A DNA stretch of 64,000 nt from a virus. A program made the position numbers and the translations under genes. Position 1 is the first letter of the stretch. The number at the start of each line of letters is the position of its first letter. The notes under the pieces were generated by a model that searched no databases, was not told where the DNA came from, and was given only the letters and a program-made list of their open reading frames with translations. The stretch lies in IMG/VR virus record IMGVR_UViG_3300042268_000308; one strand, given 5' to 3'. Below, piece after piece: positions 19,514 to 28,068 of this stretch.

Positions 19514-19752
19514 ATGCGAATGCGATCGGCTCGCAACTGCGAGCGCAAAATGCCTAACGACTGCCTACTACTCCCCGCCGCCTTACTCCTATAGGTTCGC
19601 CATGAGCCGATCCTAATGCCGTCCATGGCGGCAGGCCTGCCCTATGGGTCGCCATGGCGCCGCCGTGACTGTCAGCGCCGCGGTGCATGGTGCCATGGCT
19701 GGGCGACGGCGGCAAGAAAGGCGGGCTGCTGAGAGCCCGCCTTATGTGATCC

Positions 19753-19938
19753 TCAGAAGCGCATGTGAAAGAGTGGACTGTCGAGGAAGTCGATAACGTC
19801 TTCAGGCTCGAAACTGCGAGCAGCGGCGGCGAAATCCTCTTCGAGATCGCTCGGCTCGAAAACGTCAAAATCGTTGGCGAAGCAGGCGGTGATGTCGTCT
19901 TCGATGAGCTTGTTGGTCTTGATGTGCTTTCCAGCCAT
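19753..19938 (-). CDS. Small acidic early protein
   Basis: 61 aa, D/E-rich; own promoter and terminator. Confidence 0.6.
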   Translation of the reverse strand: MAGKHIKTNKLIEDDITACFANDFDVFEPSDLEEDFAAAARSFEPEDVIDFLDSPLFHMRF

Positions 19939-20234
19939 TGTCTTGTCTCGCTTGCTTGAGTGAGTGCGTGCGTCGCTCTCTTGCGACACATTCAGTTTCT
20001 CAAGCGACGCGAGGCATGAAATTGGCAGTATGCGCGTCTCTGTAGGCTAGTTACGACCAGGCGAGCTTATGGCGCGCTCTAGGGCGCTATGTGCGCGTGG
20101 GAGCGCCATGGCGCGTGCAGGCCGGCCGGAGGTAAACGTGGTCCTTGGTGCGCGTAGGCCGGTGCTTGGTGGACGTGGTTACGCCATGGTGCGCGGGTGA
20201 CAGCAAAAGGCGGGCACGAGGCCCGCCCTGCCTG

Positions 20235-20471
20235 CTACACGAGCAGGCCCCAGCGATCGTGGTAGCACTCCACGATCTCATCGTGCTCGCGCTTGGTGAG
20301 CGCACACTCGCGAGCGTGGTTGCGGTTCCGCGCCATGCGCCCAAGAAAGTTGGCGTGCTGGCGGCGAAAGCGCTCGGGCGTGACCCAGGCGGGACACATG
20401 GCATACGCCTGGAAGGCGTCGATCTCGCCGGCAGCGAGAGATTTCCAGAGCGGGAGAAAGCTGAACGGCAT
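20235..20471 (-). CDS. Hypothetical early protein
   Basis: RBS AGGAG, GCC-box promoter upstream, terminator downstream. Confidence 0.6.
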   Translation of the reverse strand: MPFSFLPLWKSLAAGEIDAFQAYAMCPAWVTPERFRRQHANFLGRMARNRNHARECALTKREHDEIVECYHDRWGLLV

Positions 20472-20543
20472 GACTGAACTCCTGAAATGCGTTGTCTCAA
20501 CACATTCAGAGTCGCATTTGACCGATGGCATGTGCGTGGCAGC

Positions 20544-20747
20544 TCAATGGCTGTTTTCGCGCTTCCACAGCTCGAAGGCTTCCACGAGCACCTCGTTCAT
20601 GCGCTTGCCATGGGCTGCCGCCGTGGTCTTGAACTCGCGATGGAAATTGGGCGTCACCTTGAAGCTCATGTCCTTGGTGGCTTTCTGAGGCTCCAGGTTG
20701 TCGCGCACGGTCTGAGGCGGGGGTGCGCCAAAGCGGCTCTTAGCCAT
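20544..20747 (-). CDS. Ribbon-helix-helix partition protein (ParG-like)
   Basis: 'MSFKVTPNFHREFKTTAAAHGKRMNEVL'; overlaps the end of parA. Confidence 0.75.
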   Translation of the reverse strand: MAKSRFGAPPPQTVRDNLEPQKATKDMSFKVTPNFHREFKTTAAAHGKRMNEVLVEAFELWKRENSH

Positions 20748-21378
20748 GGGTGGTCTCCGTGATGATCTTGATGAGCTCGGCGGCGAACGCTTCCCCGCGC
20801 GTCTTGAGCGTCGGGAACGGCGCTTCCACGGCCGAGAGCCCCTTGTTGTGGGCGATCTCGTAGCCAGGCTTCACGAGAAGCGTTTGCGCGCTCACTGAGA
20901 AGCGGGGATCGCTTCTGAGATACTCGACAGCAGCAGACCCCGCCCCGTCGCTCACGCAGCGCGGGAGAGCGAAACAGAAGCGTTCCGCGCTGATGCTTTG
21001 CTTGAGAAGCTCAAGCCCGAGACGAAAGCTGGGGCGCAACTCCTCTTCAGAGCTTCCCGACGGAATGACGATGAAGTCCGACGCCTTGGCGATCTCCAGC
21101 GTGGCTTTGTCAGAAAAGGGGCGCCCGTCCATCACAACCAGGTCGTAGCCGGCGCCATCGATGTCCCGTGGCTTGTCTGCGGGCATGGCGGCGATCCTGG
21201 GGCGGATCTTGTCGCGAAGCCGGGTGGTGTTCCACTCCACGGCGGTCGTCTGTCGGAGATCAAAGTCGGCGATGAGCACCTTCCAGCCCGACAGCGCATA
21301 AGCCACGGCGAGCGCGCGGGCCGTGGTCGTCTTGCCCGCCCCGCCCTTCTGGTTCACGATGCCGATCTTTAGCGCCAT
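20740..21378 (-). CDS. parA: ParA partition ATPase (type Ib)
   Basis: Deviant Walker A 'QKGGAGKTT', 'ADFDLRQ', 'YDLVVMDG'. Confidence 0.9.
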   Translation of the reverse strand: MALKIGIVNQKGGAGKTTTARALAVAYALSGWKVLIADFDLRQTTAVEWNTTRLRDKIRPRIAAMPADKPRDIDGAGYDLVVMDGRPFSDKATLEIAKASDFIVIPSGSSEEELRPSFRLGLELLKQSISAERFCFALPRCVSDGAGSAAVEYLRSDPRFSVSAQTLLVKPGYEIAHNKGLSAVEAPFPTLKTRGEAFAAELIKIITETTHG

Positions 21379-21872
21379 GGCGAAACCCCTCTAGCCGAAA
21401 AGCGCGCTTGAGGTAAAGCGCGCCTTCCAGCTTTAGACTCCTGGCGCTTGTCTGGCAAGCTCCACAATGCTGAAGAGTGCAAAGATGGCGATGAAGAACG
21501 AGGCGAGCGCGATGCTCTCTAGCACGACGATCTTGATGCGATCCCAATCCATAGCGCTAAACTCCGAAAGCTGTCTTTCACGCTTTCTAGAATACGCGCT
21601 GGGCTAAGGTATGTCGGGTGGCAGTTTTCGCTGATTTCCGACCATGGCGGCGCCGTGGCGTTGCCTTGGCAAGCTGCACCACGGCGTTTCAATGGCCCGC
21701 GGTGCCATGGCTGGCCAGGCGCGGTGCGCCATGGACCCTGGCGGTGCAGCCTATGCCCTCGCCTTGTTCGGAGGGCCACCGAGGATATAAGGCTCGCCAT
21801 GGGCCGATCCTTATGGAAGCCATGGCGGGGGCTGGGCGAAGGAGAAGGGTCGGCGTTTGCCGACCCTCTCGC

Positions 21873-22232
21873 TCAGAGCTCCCTGATGTGAACCTCGAAG
21901 AAGCGCTTGGGGGCAGCTTCGACAATGAGGTAGCCGATGTCCTCGTCGACCTTCTCGACGATCAGATCAGGCAGTTGACCATCGCTCTTGTCGTAGAGAT
22001 CCCCACCATACACCTCGATCAGCTTGCAGATGCCGCGAGTCACGTCACTGAAGCGCAGATCCTCTTGAAACTGCACGCGCTTCCATCGCTCGACGAAATC
22101 CTCCAGCCACAAGCGATGCGCTTCATTCGCCACACCGCTGCACAGCAGCTCGTTGGCGCAAGCGTCTTGCGGCAGGCCCGCGCCAGCACAAAAGCCCTTG
22201 AGCTCCGCGTTCAGCATTTCGAGCTTGGTCAT
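21873..22232 (-). CDS. Hypothetical early protein
   Basis: RBS GGAG plus GCC-box promoter. Confidence 0.65.
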   Translation of the reverse strand: MTKLEMLNAELKGFCAGAGLPQDACANELLCSGVANEAHRLWLEDFVERWKRVQFQEDLRFSDVTRGICKLIEVYGGDLYDKSDGQLPDLIVEKVDEDIGYLIVEAAPKRFFEVHIREL

Positions 22233-22369
22233 GAACTATCTCCGTTACTTGTGTCTCGCTACAGTTTCAAGAGTAGCGATCGGGTCGTGGCAGGTGGGTG
22301 GCGATCGCGCTTTAGAGCTTGGGAGCTTACGCGCAAGCGCTGCGCGGCCGGGCGGAGGTAAACGTGGTC

Positions 22370-22696
22370 TTAGATGCAACCCCAATAGCGCGTGTCGCCG
22401 TCGTCATCGGTTTCGATCGGCGGGGTAAAGGAGCCGCCCGGCTTGCTCGCCATCCAGACCAGCTCACCGTCGAGAATCAGCGCGATCGGAACGCACTCCA
22501 TGAACTCCTCCTCGATCTTCGGCTTCAGGCGAGCGATCGCCTCTTCCAGCGTTTCATCCTTGGCCGTGAAGCGCGTCGCCTGACCCATTACGGAGGTGTT
22601 GGCGTCGGTAATGAGGATCGCGACCTGACCGGCGCGAAGACGAACCTCGGAGTCCGTCGACTTGGCGACACTCTTGATGGTCATGGTGTTGAACAT
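22370..22696 (-). CDS. Hypothetical protein
   Basis: 108 aa ORF with RBS. Confidence 0.6.
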   Translation of the reverse strand: MFNTMTIKSVAKSTDSEVRLRAGQVAILITDANTSVMGQATRFTAKDETLEEAIARLKPKIEEEFMECVPIALILDGELVWMASKPGGSFTPPIETDDDGDTRYWGCI

Positions 22697-22708
22697 TTCT
22701 CTTCCCCT

Positions 22709-22936
22709 TCAGACTTTGATTCCCGCGGCGACGAGCTTGAACAGCCCGCCAAAGCCGCGTCCGTAGTGCATCTTGTCGGCGATCAGATCCTTCACGATCG
22801 CCACCTGGCGCTCTGGATCGTTGATCCAGGTCTCGAAGAACTCCGCCAAGGTGAGCTGCTCGGCTTCTCCCTTGTGGGCGTCCATGTAGAGATTGACCAT
22901 CACGCGCCTGGTCATGGCGGGGTTGGGGCGCGTCAT
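22709..22936 (-). CDS. Hypothetical protein
   Basis: MTRPNPAM..., coupled to the upstream ORF. Confidence 0.5.
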   Translation of the reverse strand: MTRPNPAMTRRVMVNLYMDAHKGEAEQLTLAEFFETWINDPERQVAIVKDLIADKMHYGRGFGGLFKLVAAGIKV

Positions 22937-23157
22937 GCGCCCGCTCTCTGCCGCCGCCGGCGCCCCAACTCGACGAAGGCGTCGAGCGCGTGATGACGCT
23001 CGAAGTAGTCCTTGAAGAACCCCGCCCACAGCGCTTCCCGCAGCGCATAAGCCGCGAAGGCTTCGGTGATCGTCATGGGCGTCGAATTGCCCAGGCGCAG
23101 CGCCGCGCGCTTTACCATGTCGCTCTGTTTGTCCTTCAGTCCGAGCACATTGCACAT
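22933..23157 (-). CDS. Hypothetical protein
   Basis: MCNVLGL... after RBS GGAG and a promoter. Confidence 0.5.
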   Translation of the reverse strand: MCNVLGLKDKQSDMVKRAALRLGNSTPMTITEAFAAYALREALWAGFFKDYFERHHALDAFVELGRRRRQRAGA

Positions 23158-23666
23158 GAGAACTCTCCGATATGCGTTAATCGATACAGTCTGAGTATGT
23201 CGCTTCAGGCTAGGCGTGTGCGCGGCATTCGTCAATCATCGCTGACTTACCACCCCGCACCCATCGCTGCCCGCGCGTGCGTCTCGATCATGCATGTGGT
23301 GCAGCGCTAGAACGCTCTGAGAGCGTCACACATGCGCGTTGAGCACATCAGACGACTCGATGTAGCGCGCACGATCAAACGCGCTGTATGAGCTTCTAAG
23401 ACGCTTTAGAGAGCGCTCACCTCTGAACGATCATGAGAGCGCTCTCCGCAAGGTCCGCAGTGTGTCCTGGGCACGGGCAGTTTGCTACTGCTAAGCGCGT
23501 CCTTTTATTAGTTATAGATGAGAAGGAAATCTATTTATTATATAAGGGGCACGGGTTGTTTCCGTGGAAGCTCTGACACCGCGGAACCGAAGCGCAGCGC
23601 CATGGCTTTCCCATGGTGAGATATGAGAAACAGAGGAGGCGGCTCCGAAGAGCCGCCTCGCGGTGC

Positions 23667-24239
23667 TTAGGCTTCAGCCTTCTCCTCGTCCTTCGTCACC
23701 TCGGGGTTCACCACCGCCTTCACCACGGGATGCTCGAAGTCGATGTCGAGGACGCGCTTGCCGTCTTCCTTCGTCACCTTCAGCGCCCCGATGGCTTCGA
23801 GCGCGGCCCGCGTGGAGCAGGTCTGGGTGTTGGCGGTCGAGCGGTCACTGTGGCGCGTCTCGACGAGCTTGGTGCGCTCGGCGGCTTCGACGCTGCGGCA
23901 CAGCCCCGCCATCTGGAGCTCGGTGGTGAACTTCACCTCCTTGTCCTTCAGCGCGAAGGCGTTGCGCAGGGTGTTGGCGGTGTAGGGGTCGATCTTGTCG
24001 CCAAGCCCCTTCGCGAAGCCGATGAGACGCCGGACCTTCTGCGCGGCGTAGATCGCCAGGCCCTCGACTGCCTTGGGGTCGATCTCGTTCTCGGCGAAAA
24101 ACCCCGCGTAGCCGGTGGCGATGAACTTGGCGCGCTCGCGGGTCCAGTTCTTCTTGAGGTTCTCGTTGCCCGCCTTCGCGATCTTGCCGTCGATGATCTT
24201 ACCGAGGGCGGAAGCGGTGGTCTTGATCTTGTCGGCCAT
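23667..24239 (-). CDS. Putative winged-helix DNA-binding early protein (paralog family)
   Basis: 190 aa; own promoter and terminator; similar to 18368-18979 and 33350-34096. Confidence 0.8.
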   Translation of the reverse strand: MADKIKTTASALGKIIDGKIAKAGNENLKKNWTRERAKFIATGYAGFFAENEIDPKAVEGLAIYAAQKVRRLIGFAKGLGDKIDPYTANTLRNAFALKDKEVKFTTELQMAGLCRSVEAAERTKLVETRHSDRSTANTQTCSTRAALEAIGALKVTKEDGKRVLDIDFEHPVVKAVVNPEVTKDEEKAEA

Positions 24240-24485
24240 GATGCAAACTCCGTTGCTTGCTTATGTGTGAGTGTGTGTGTGTCGCGTTCTTGTTTTTCGT
24301 TGCTCGCGTTGTTGCGATGATTTGACTGTAGCGCGTGACCTGTGGCGTGTAAGTGGCAACCCCAGAGGCATCTGCATGTTGTCAAGCCAGTGGTTTCCGC
24401 CATGGCTGGGCCGCGGCGTCACCATGGTCGCGCCATGGCGAAAGCCCGATAGATGGAAAGCGGGGCCGAAGCCCCGCGCCTGGTC

Positions 24486-24692
24486 TCAGAGCGGCGTAAC
24501 GGCTTTCACCACCTTCTCGCCCTCGGGGAAGTTCGCCTGACGGAGCTGCTTGCGCGTCTCGACATCGAGGCCGGTGACGCCGCGCTCGATGCGCTTCACT
24601 TCGCCGCCGTTCGCTTCGAACTCAGCCATCGCGCTCCACAGATCGTTGCGCTGCTGAGCCTTCGTCTTGAGCGTCTGCATGTTGTTGCGCAT
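24486..24692 (-). CDS. Small protein with SutA-like 'EFxAxGGxV' motif (possible RNA polymerase binder)
   Basis: 'AMAEFEANGGEVKRIERG'; own promoter and terminator. Confidence 0.6.
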   Translation of the reverse strand: MRNNMQTLKTKAQQRNDLWSAMAEFEANGGEVKRIERGVTGLDVETRKQLRQANFPEGEKVVKAVTPL

Positions 24693-24841
24693 GAAAAATC
24701 CTCGCTTGCTTGTGTGCGTTCGTTTTCTTGCATCGCGTCGTTGCGATGATTGAACTTTAGCGAGCGAGAAATGGCGTGTGCGTGGCGATCGCGCTTTGGC
24801 GCTAGGCAGCTTTCACGCTTAGGCGCTTTCGGTCTCTGGCG

Positions 24842-24998
24842 CCATGGCGTTCCCATGGCTGACTCCGCATTCGCCATGGCGCCGGAGACCATGGTCAGCG
24901 CAGCCATGGCGTTGCGTTGGGACCGATCGCCATGGGTCTCCCATGGTCAACACAGCCATGGCGCGGTTTGCCGTGGCGTCACCATGGCTCAGCCATGG
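24842..24998. repeat. Dense CCATGG array (10 copies plus one CCGTGG)
   Basis: Counted directly; smaller clusters at ~19620-19700, 21640-21825, 23600-23617, 24399-24440 and 25486-25545. Confidence 0.85.
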
Positions 24999-25167
24999 AA
25001 TGCGCGGTGACATCCTACCCTAGCCTCATATTGGAGCCCACCGAGGATATAAGGGCGCCTATAGGCCCGTTTCAGCGCGCCCTTTTTCATGGCTCAACCC
25101 AAAAACCGGCTTTTCCAGAAACCGCGGAGTTCTGCGGTTTTTCATAGGTTTCGCCCTAGGCAAAAGA

Positions 25168-25405
25168 ACCCCGGCACGCTGACCAGCGGGAGGATGCTGG
25201 AAAGCGGCCGGGGCCACGGAGTTCACACAAGCAAGGTGAGCAGCGGCGCCTGTCTCCGACGGCCTTTAAGGAGACCATGACTGGACCGTCGAAAGGTCCG
25301 CAGCAGGAGAAAGCCCGGACCTGGCGCGGCAACGCCAACAGAAGCGCTCGGTGTCGAAGCCGAGATCGCCGGCGGTGCGCTACGCTTGTCTGCGTCGCTG
25401 CTCAC
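25168..25405 (+). ncRNA. Candidate structured non-coding RNA
   Basis: 14-bp closing helix 25236-25249/25392-25405 enclosing several hairpins; no credible CDS. Confidence 0.45.
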
Positions 25406-26061
25406 TGTCTTGAAGATAGCTCATCGCTTATGGGATTGAAAGCGGGAAGTCGCGCTTTGGCGAGAGATAGCCAAAGCGCTTTAGCCATGGCGCGCCGTGG
25501 TGTTCCCATGGTCATAGCCATAGAGAGGGAAGAGAGCCATGGTCGCGTGTGTGCGGGGCGTGGGCGCTGCGCAGTCGCACGGCCGGGCGGAGGTGGACTA
25601 GTCGTTTTCACCAGGGGAGGGAGAGTTGACCAAGGTGAAAGGCTTGGAGATAGGAGATAGGAGATGAGCGGCTAGGCACGGCCCCACCACTTAAATCTTG
25701 GAGAGCCAATCTCACTTCTTGAACAGGCATCTCAATCGCACACGCTCATATCACCTCACGCTCTCTTTGAACCTCTCTAGCCTATCAGTGATGCGAAGCG
25801 ACCAGGGCAAGCCACTCTTCCGCACATAGTCGATGCACCATGTCATGCCGAGAGCGCGCTGTTCTGCGGCATAGGTGCTGAGCTCTTCTGTGGTGAAGGT
25901 GTGCGTCTTCTCGCTCATGCGATCTTCCTTATGCCTTTAGCCTGTGGAGCCGGGGTGTTCATGTGCTCTGTGGCTATGGTGCTCTAGCTGTCTTTCGCTC
26001 TCATGGGAGGTGGTGATGGAGCGGGTGAACTTCCTTCTCTTTTTCGGTGCGTTTCCCACAC

Positions 26062-26439
26062 TCACCAGGTTCCCCAGACTTCACTGGTCCTTGAGGCTTC
26101 GGGCTTAGACTGCTTGTCTTCCAGCTCTCGAATTTCCTGAGTGAGCTGATTGAGAAGGTGCTGCCCTTTTTTGGTGATCTTGACCCAGGTGCGGTTCTGT
26201 TCGATCGGGTCTGGAGACACTCTTGCTGCGGGCTTACCTGAGACATCGGTGAACACGATTGCCCCAGAGTGCCACAGATCGTAGATGCTTGACGCATTGG
26301 CGGGATGCTCGGCTTTCTGGCACTGTTCCAGCAGAACCAACAGCTTCATGGTCACATGCACGTTGAGGATTTGCAGGACGGCGGCGTGCTGCATTTTGGC
26401 GATGTAGAGTGATCTGTTGAAGTCGGCTTTGCTCATCAC
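26062..26439 (-). CDS. Winged-helix-like protein ending in WGTW
   Basis: Wing 'WVKITKKG'; start overlaps the upstream gene's stop. Confidence 0.6.
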   Translation of the reverse strand: MMSKADFNRSLYIAKMQHAAVLQILNVHVTMKLLVLLEQCQKAEHPANASSIYDLWHSGAIVFTDVSGKPAARVSPDPIEQNRTWVKITKKGQHLLNQLTQEIRELEDKQSKPEASRTSEVWGTW

Positions 26440-26732
26440 CAGGTTCCCCAGGCTGCGGGTTTGTGAGCCGTCTGCTCTTGCTGACGGAGACGCTTGCGGG
26501 CGAGATACTCGCGGCGCATCTTGCCGCTCTTGGTGAGGATGACTCGGTTGTTCTCGTGGCTGCTGTGACCCGAGAGCTCCAGAAGATCAGCCCTGAACGC
26601 CCTCTCAAAAGCCTCATCGAGCGCTTCGCTGTCACCGATCCAGCCCAGCACTTTCGCGTAAAGTGGCTCGCCATGATCGTAGACGAATGTCAGCACCGCG
26701 AGCAGATCGTTGTCCTGCTTCTCCAGCATCAC
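26436..26732 (-). CDS. Winged-helix-like protein ending in WGTW
   Basis: Wing 'RVILTKSG'. Confidence 0.6.
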   Translation of the reverse strand: MMLEKQDNDLLAVLTFVYDHGEPLYAKVLGWIGDSEALDEAFERAFRADLLELSGHSSHENNRVILTKSGKMRREYLARKRLRQQEQTAHKPAAWGTW

Positions 26733-27037
26733 GACATCCTGGCTCTGATGCGATCGAGATAGAGCTTGCCTTTCTCCGTCAGAGTGATGATCCCCTGACT
26801 GCTCACGTCAAAGATCGGCGCGGTGATCGAGGCCATCAATCCCGAGCACATGAACAGCGCGTCCATGTAGCGACGATCGCGACAATGCACCACGCTCGTC
26901 TTGATGTCGCCGTGCTTGTCGGCCAGCCCCATGATCTCGAAGGCGCACTCGGCGTATTCGTTCTTGCTGGGGTCTTTCGATACCACGAGCGCATAGAGCA
27001 TTTCGTGGAAGTCTGCCGTCGTGAGGTCTCGGTGCAT
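26729..27037 (-). CDS. Winged-helix-like protein
   Basis: Wing 'IITLTEKGKLYL'. Confidence 0.55.
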   Translation of the reverse strand: MHRDLTTADFHEMLYALVVSKDPSKNEYAECAFEIMGLADKHGDIKTSVVHCRDRRYMDALFMCSGLMASITAPIFDVSSQGIITLTEKGKLYLDRIRARMS

Positions 27038-27106
27038 ACCCGATCTCCGCGCTGTCTGTTTAGCTCTCTTGAGCATAGCGATCGCGGCGTGGCGTGTGCG
27101 TGGCGA

Positions 27107-27409
27107 TCACATCTTGAGATCGGGCATCTTTTCGAGCCGGTTGAGCACGGCCTTGGTGTCGTAGCGTCGCTTTTCGGCTCGGAAGCGCTTGATGCGGTCA
27201 TTGTCGCCATTGAGCGCGAAAGTGTCGCCCTGCTTGAGCAGCACACCTTCCTTTACCAGCCGGCGCGTTATCTGGAGCGTGCCGCCGCGGGTGTTGGGAT
27301 TTGTTGGCGTTGCGCGTCTGTAGGAAAGCTCTCTGAGAGTCAGCGGGCCGTGATCGTCCAGCAGAACGAGGATCTCGATTTCACCTGGCGAGTAGAAGCG
27401 TGCGACCAT
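27107..27409 (-). CDS. Winged-helix DNA-binding protein
   Basis: 'GPLTLRELS...ITRRLVKEGVLLKQG'. Confidence 0.65.
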   Translation of the reverse strand: MVARFYSPGEIEILVLLDDHGPLTLRELSYRRATPTNPNTRGGTLQITRRLVKEGVLLKQGDTFALNGDNDRIKRFRAEKRRYDTKAVLNRLEKMPDLKM

Positions 27410-27684
27410 GGTTCTCTCCTTGAAAGCTGCATGTCCATAGCGCAGCACTTCCTGATCTGCAACGCTCGCTGAGATACAGGGCGCTTTCAAGATGACTCAC
27501 GATGCGCGCGACGTTCTCCCCGCTTATCAGTGACGCGCGCAGAGCTTTATGTCGCGCTTGCCAAACTTCACTCGTTGCTGCAAGAACGCGGTGAAGCAGG
27601 GGTGAAGGTTCAGTGAGGTTTAGAAACGACAAATGGGCCAGCCTGTAGGCTAACCCATTGAATTTACTCGATATTATAGGCGCT

Positions 27685-28068
27685 TCAGTTCTGCATACCA
27701 GAATACCACTCTTCGCCGCGCCGCATAGAGTCCTTGTAGTCGATGCAGCCGCTGGACCCCATGCCTTCATAGAGGCTGCGCTTGCTCTCCACAGACTGTC
27801 GGAAGCCTTCATAGAAGACCCAATCAAGGTCTTGATCGGCGTAGGCTTCGGACCACGCGAAGAACCGATCGACCCACTTCTCCTCATCTTCCTTTTGCTC
27901 GCAGAAATCTGCCAGGGCCACGGTCATTCCGAACACCTGGATGATCTGCCCCGGCGTGAACTCCATGCCCTCGGGTTCTTCGCCCAGGATGAGATACTCC
28001 TTCTCGGCATGTGCCTGGCCGGCGAGGGCAATGGTGATGGCGGCCGCCATGGCGATTTTTCGTAGCAT
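27685..28068 (-). CDS. Exported/periplasmic protein with signal peptide
   Basis: 'MLRKIAMAAAITIALAGQAHA|EKE'. Confidence 0.65.
   Translation of the reverse strand: MLRKIAMAAAITIALAGQAHAEKEYLILGEEPEGMEFTPGQIIQVFGMTVALADFCEQKEDEEKWVDRFFAWSEAYADQDLDWVFYEGFRQSVESKRSLYEGMGSSGCIDYKDSMRRGEEWYSGMQN

Noticed and set aside
17766..19527. GG/CC-free island as a sequencing or homopolymer-collapse artefact, or just low-GC foreign DNA
   Set aside because: AA/TT runs are intact, ORFs are open and paralogous to another gene, the terminator stem pairs perfectly, CG/GC remain abundant, and the same bias recurs at other promoters
24770..24788. Sigma54 (GG-N10-GC) reading of the GCC boxes on the plus strand
   Set aside because: It would point away from every adjacent gene, whereas a -10-like hexamer sits at a fixed distance on the coding strand
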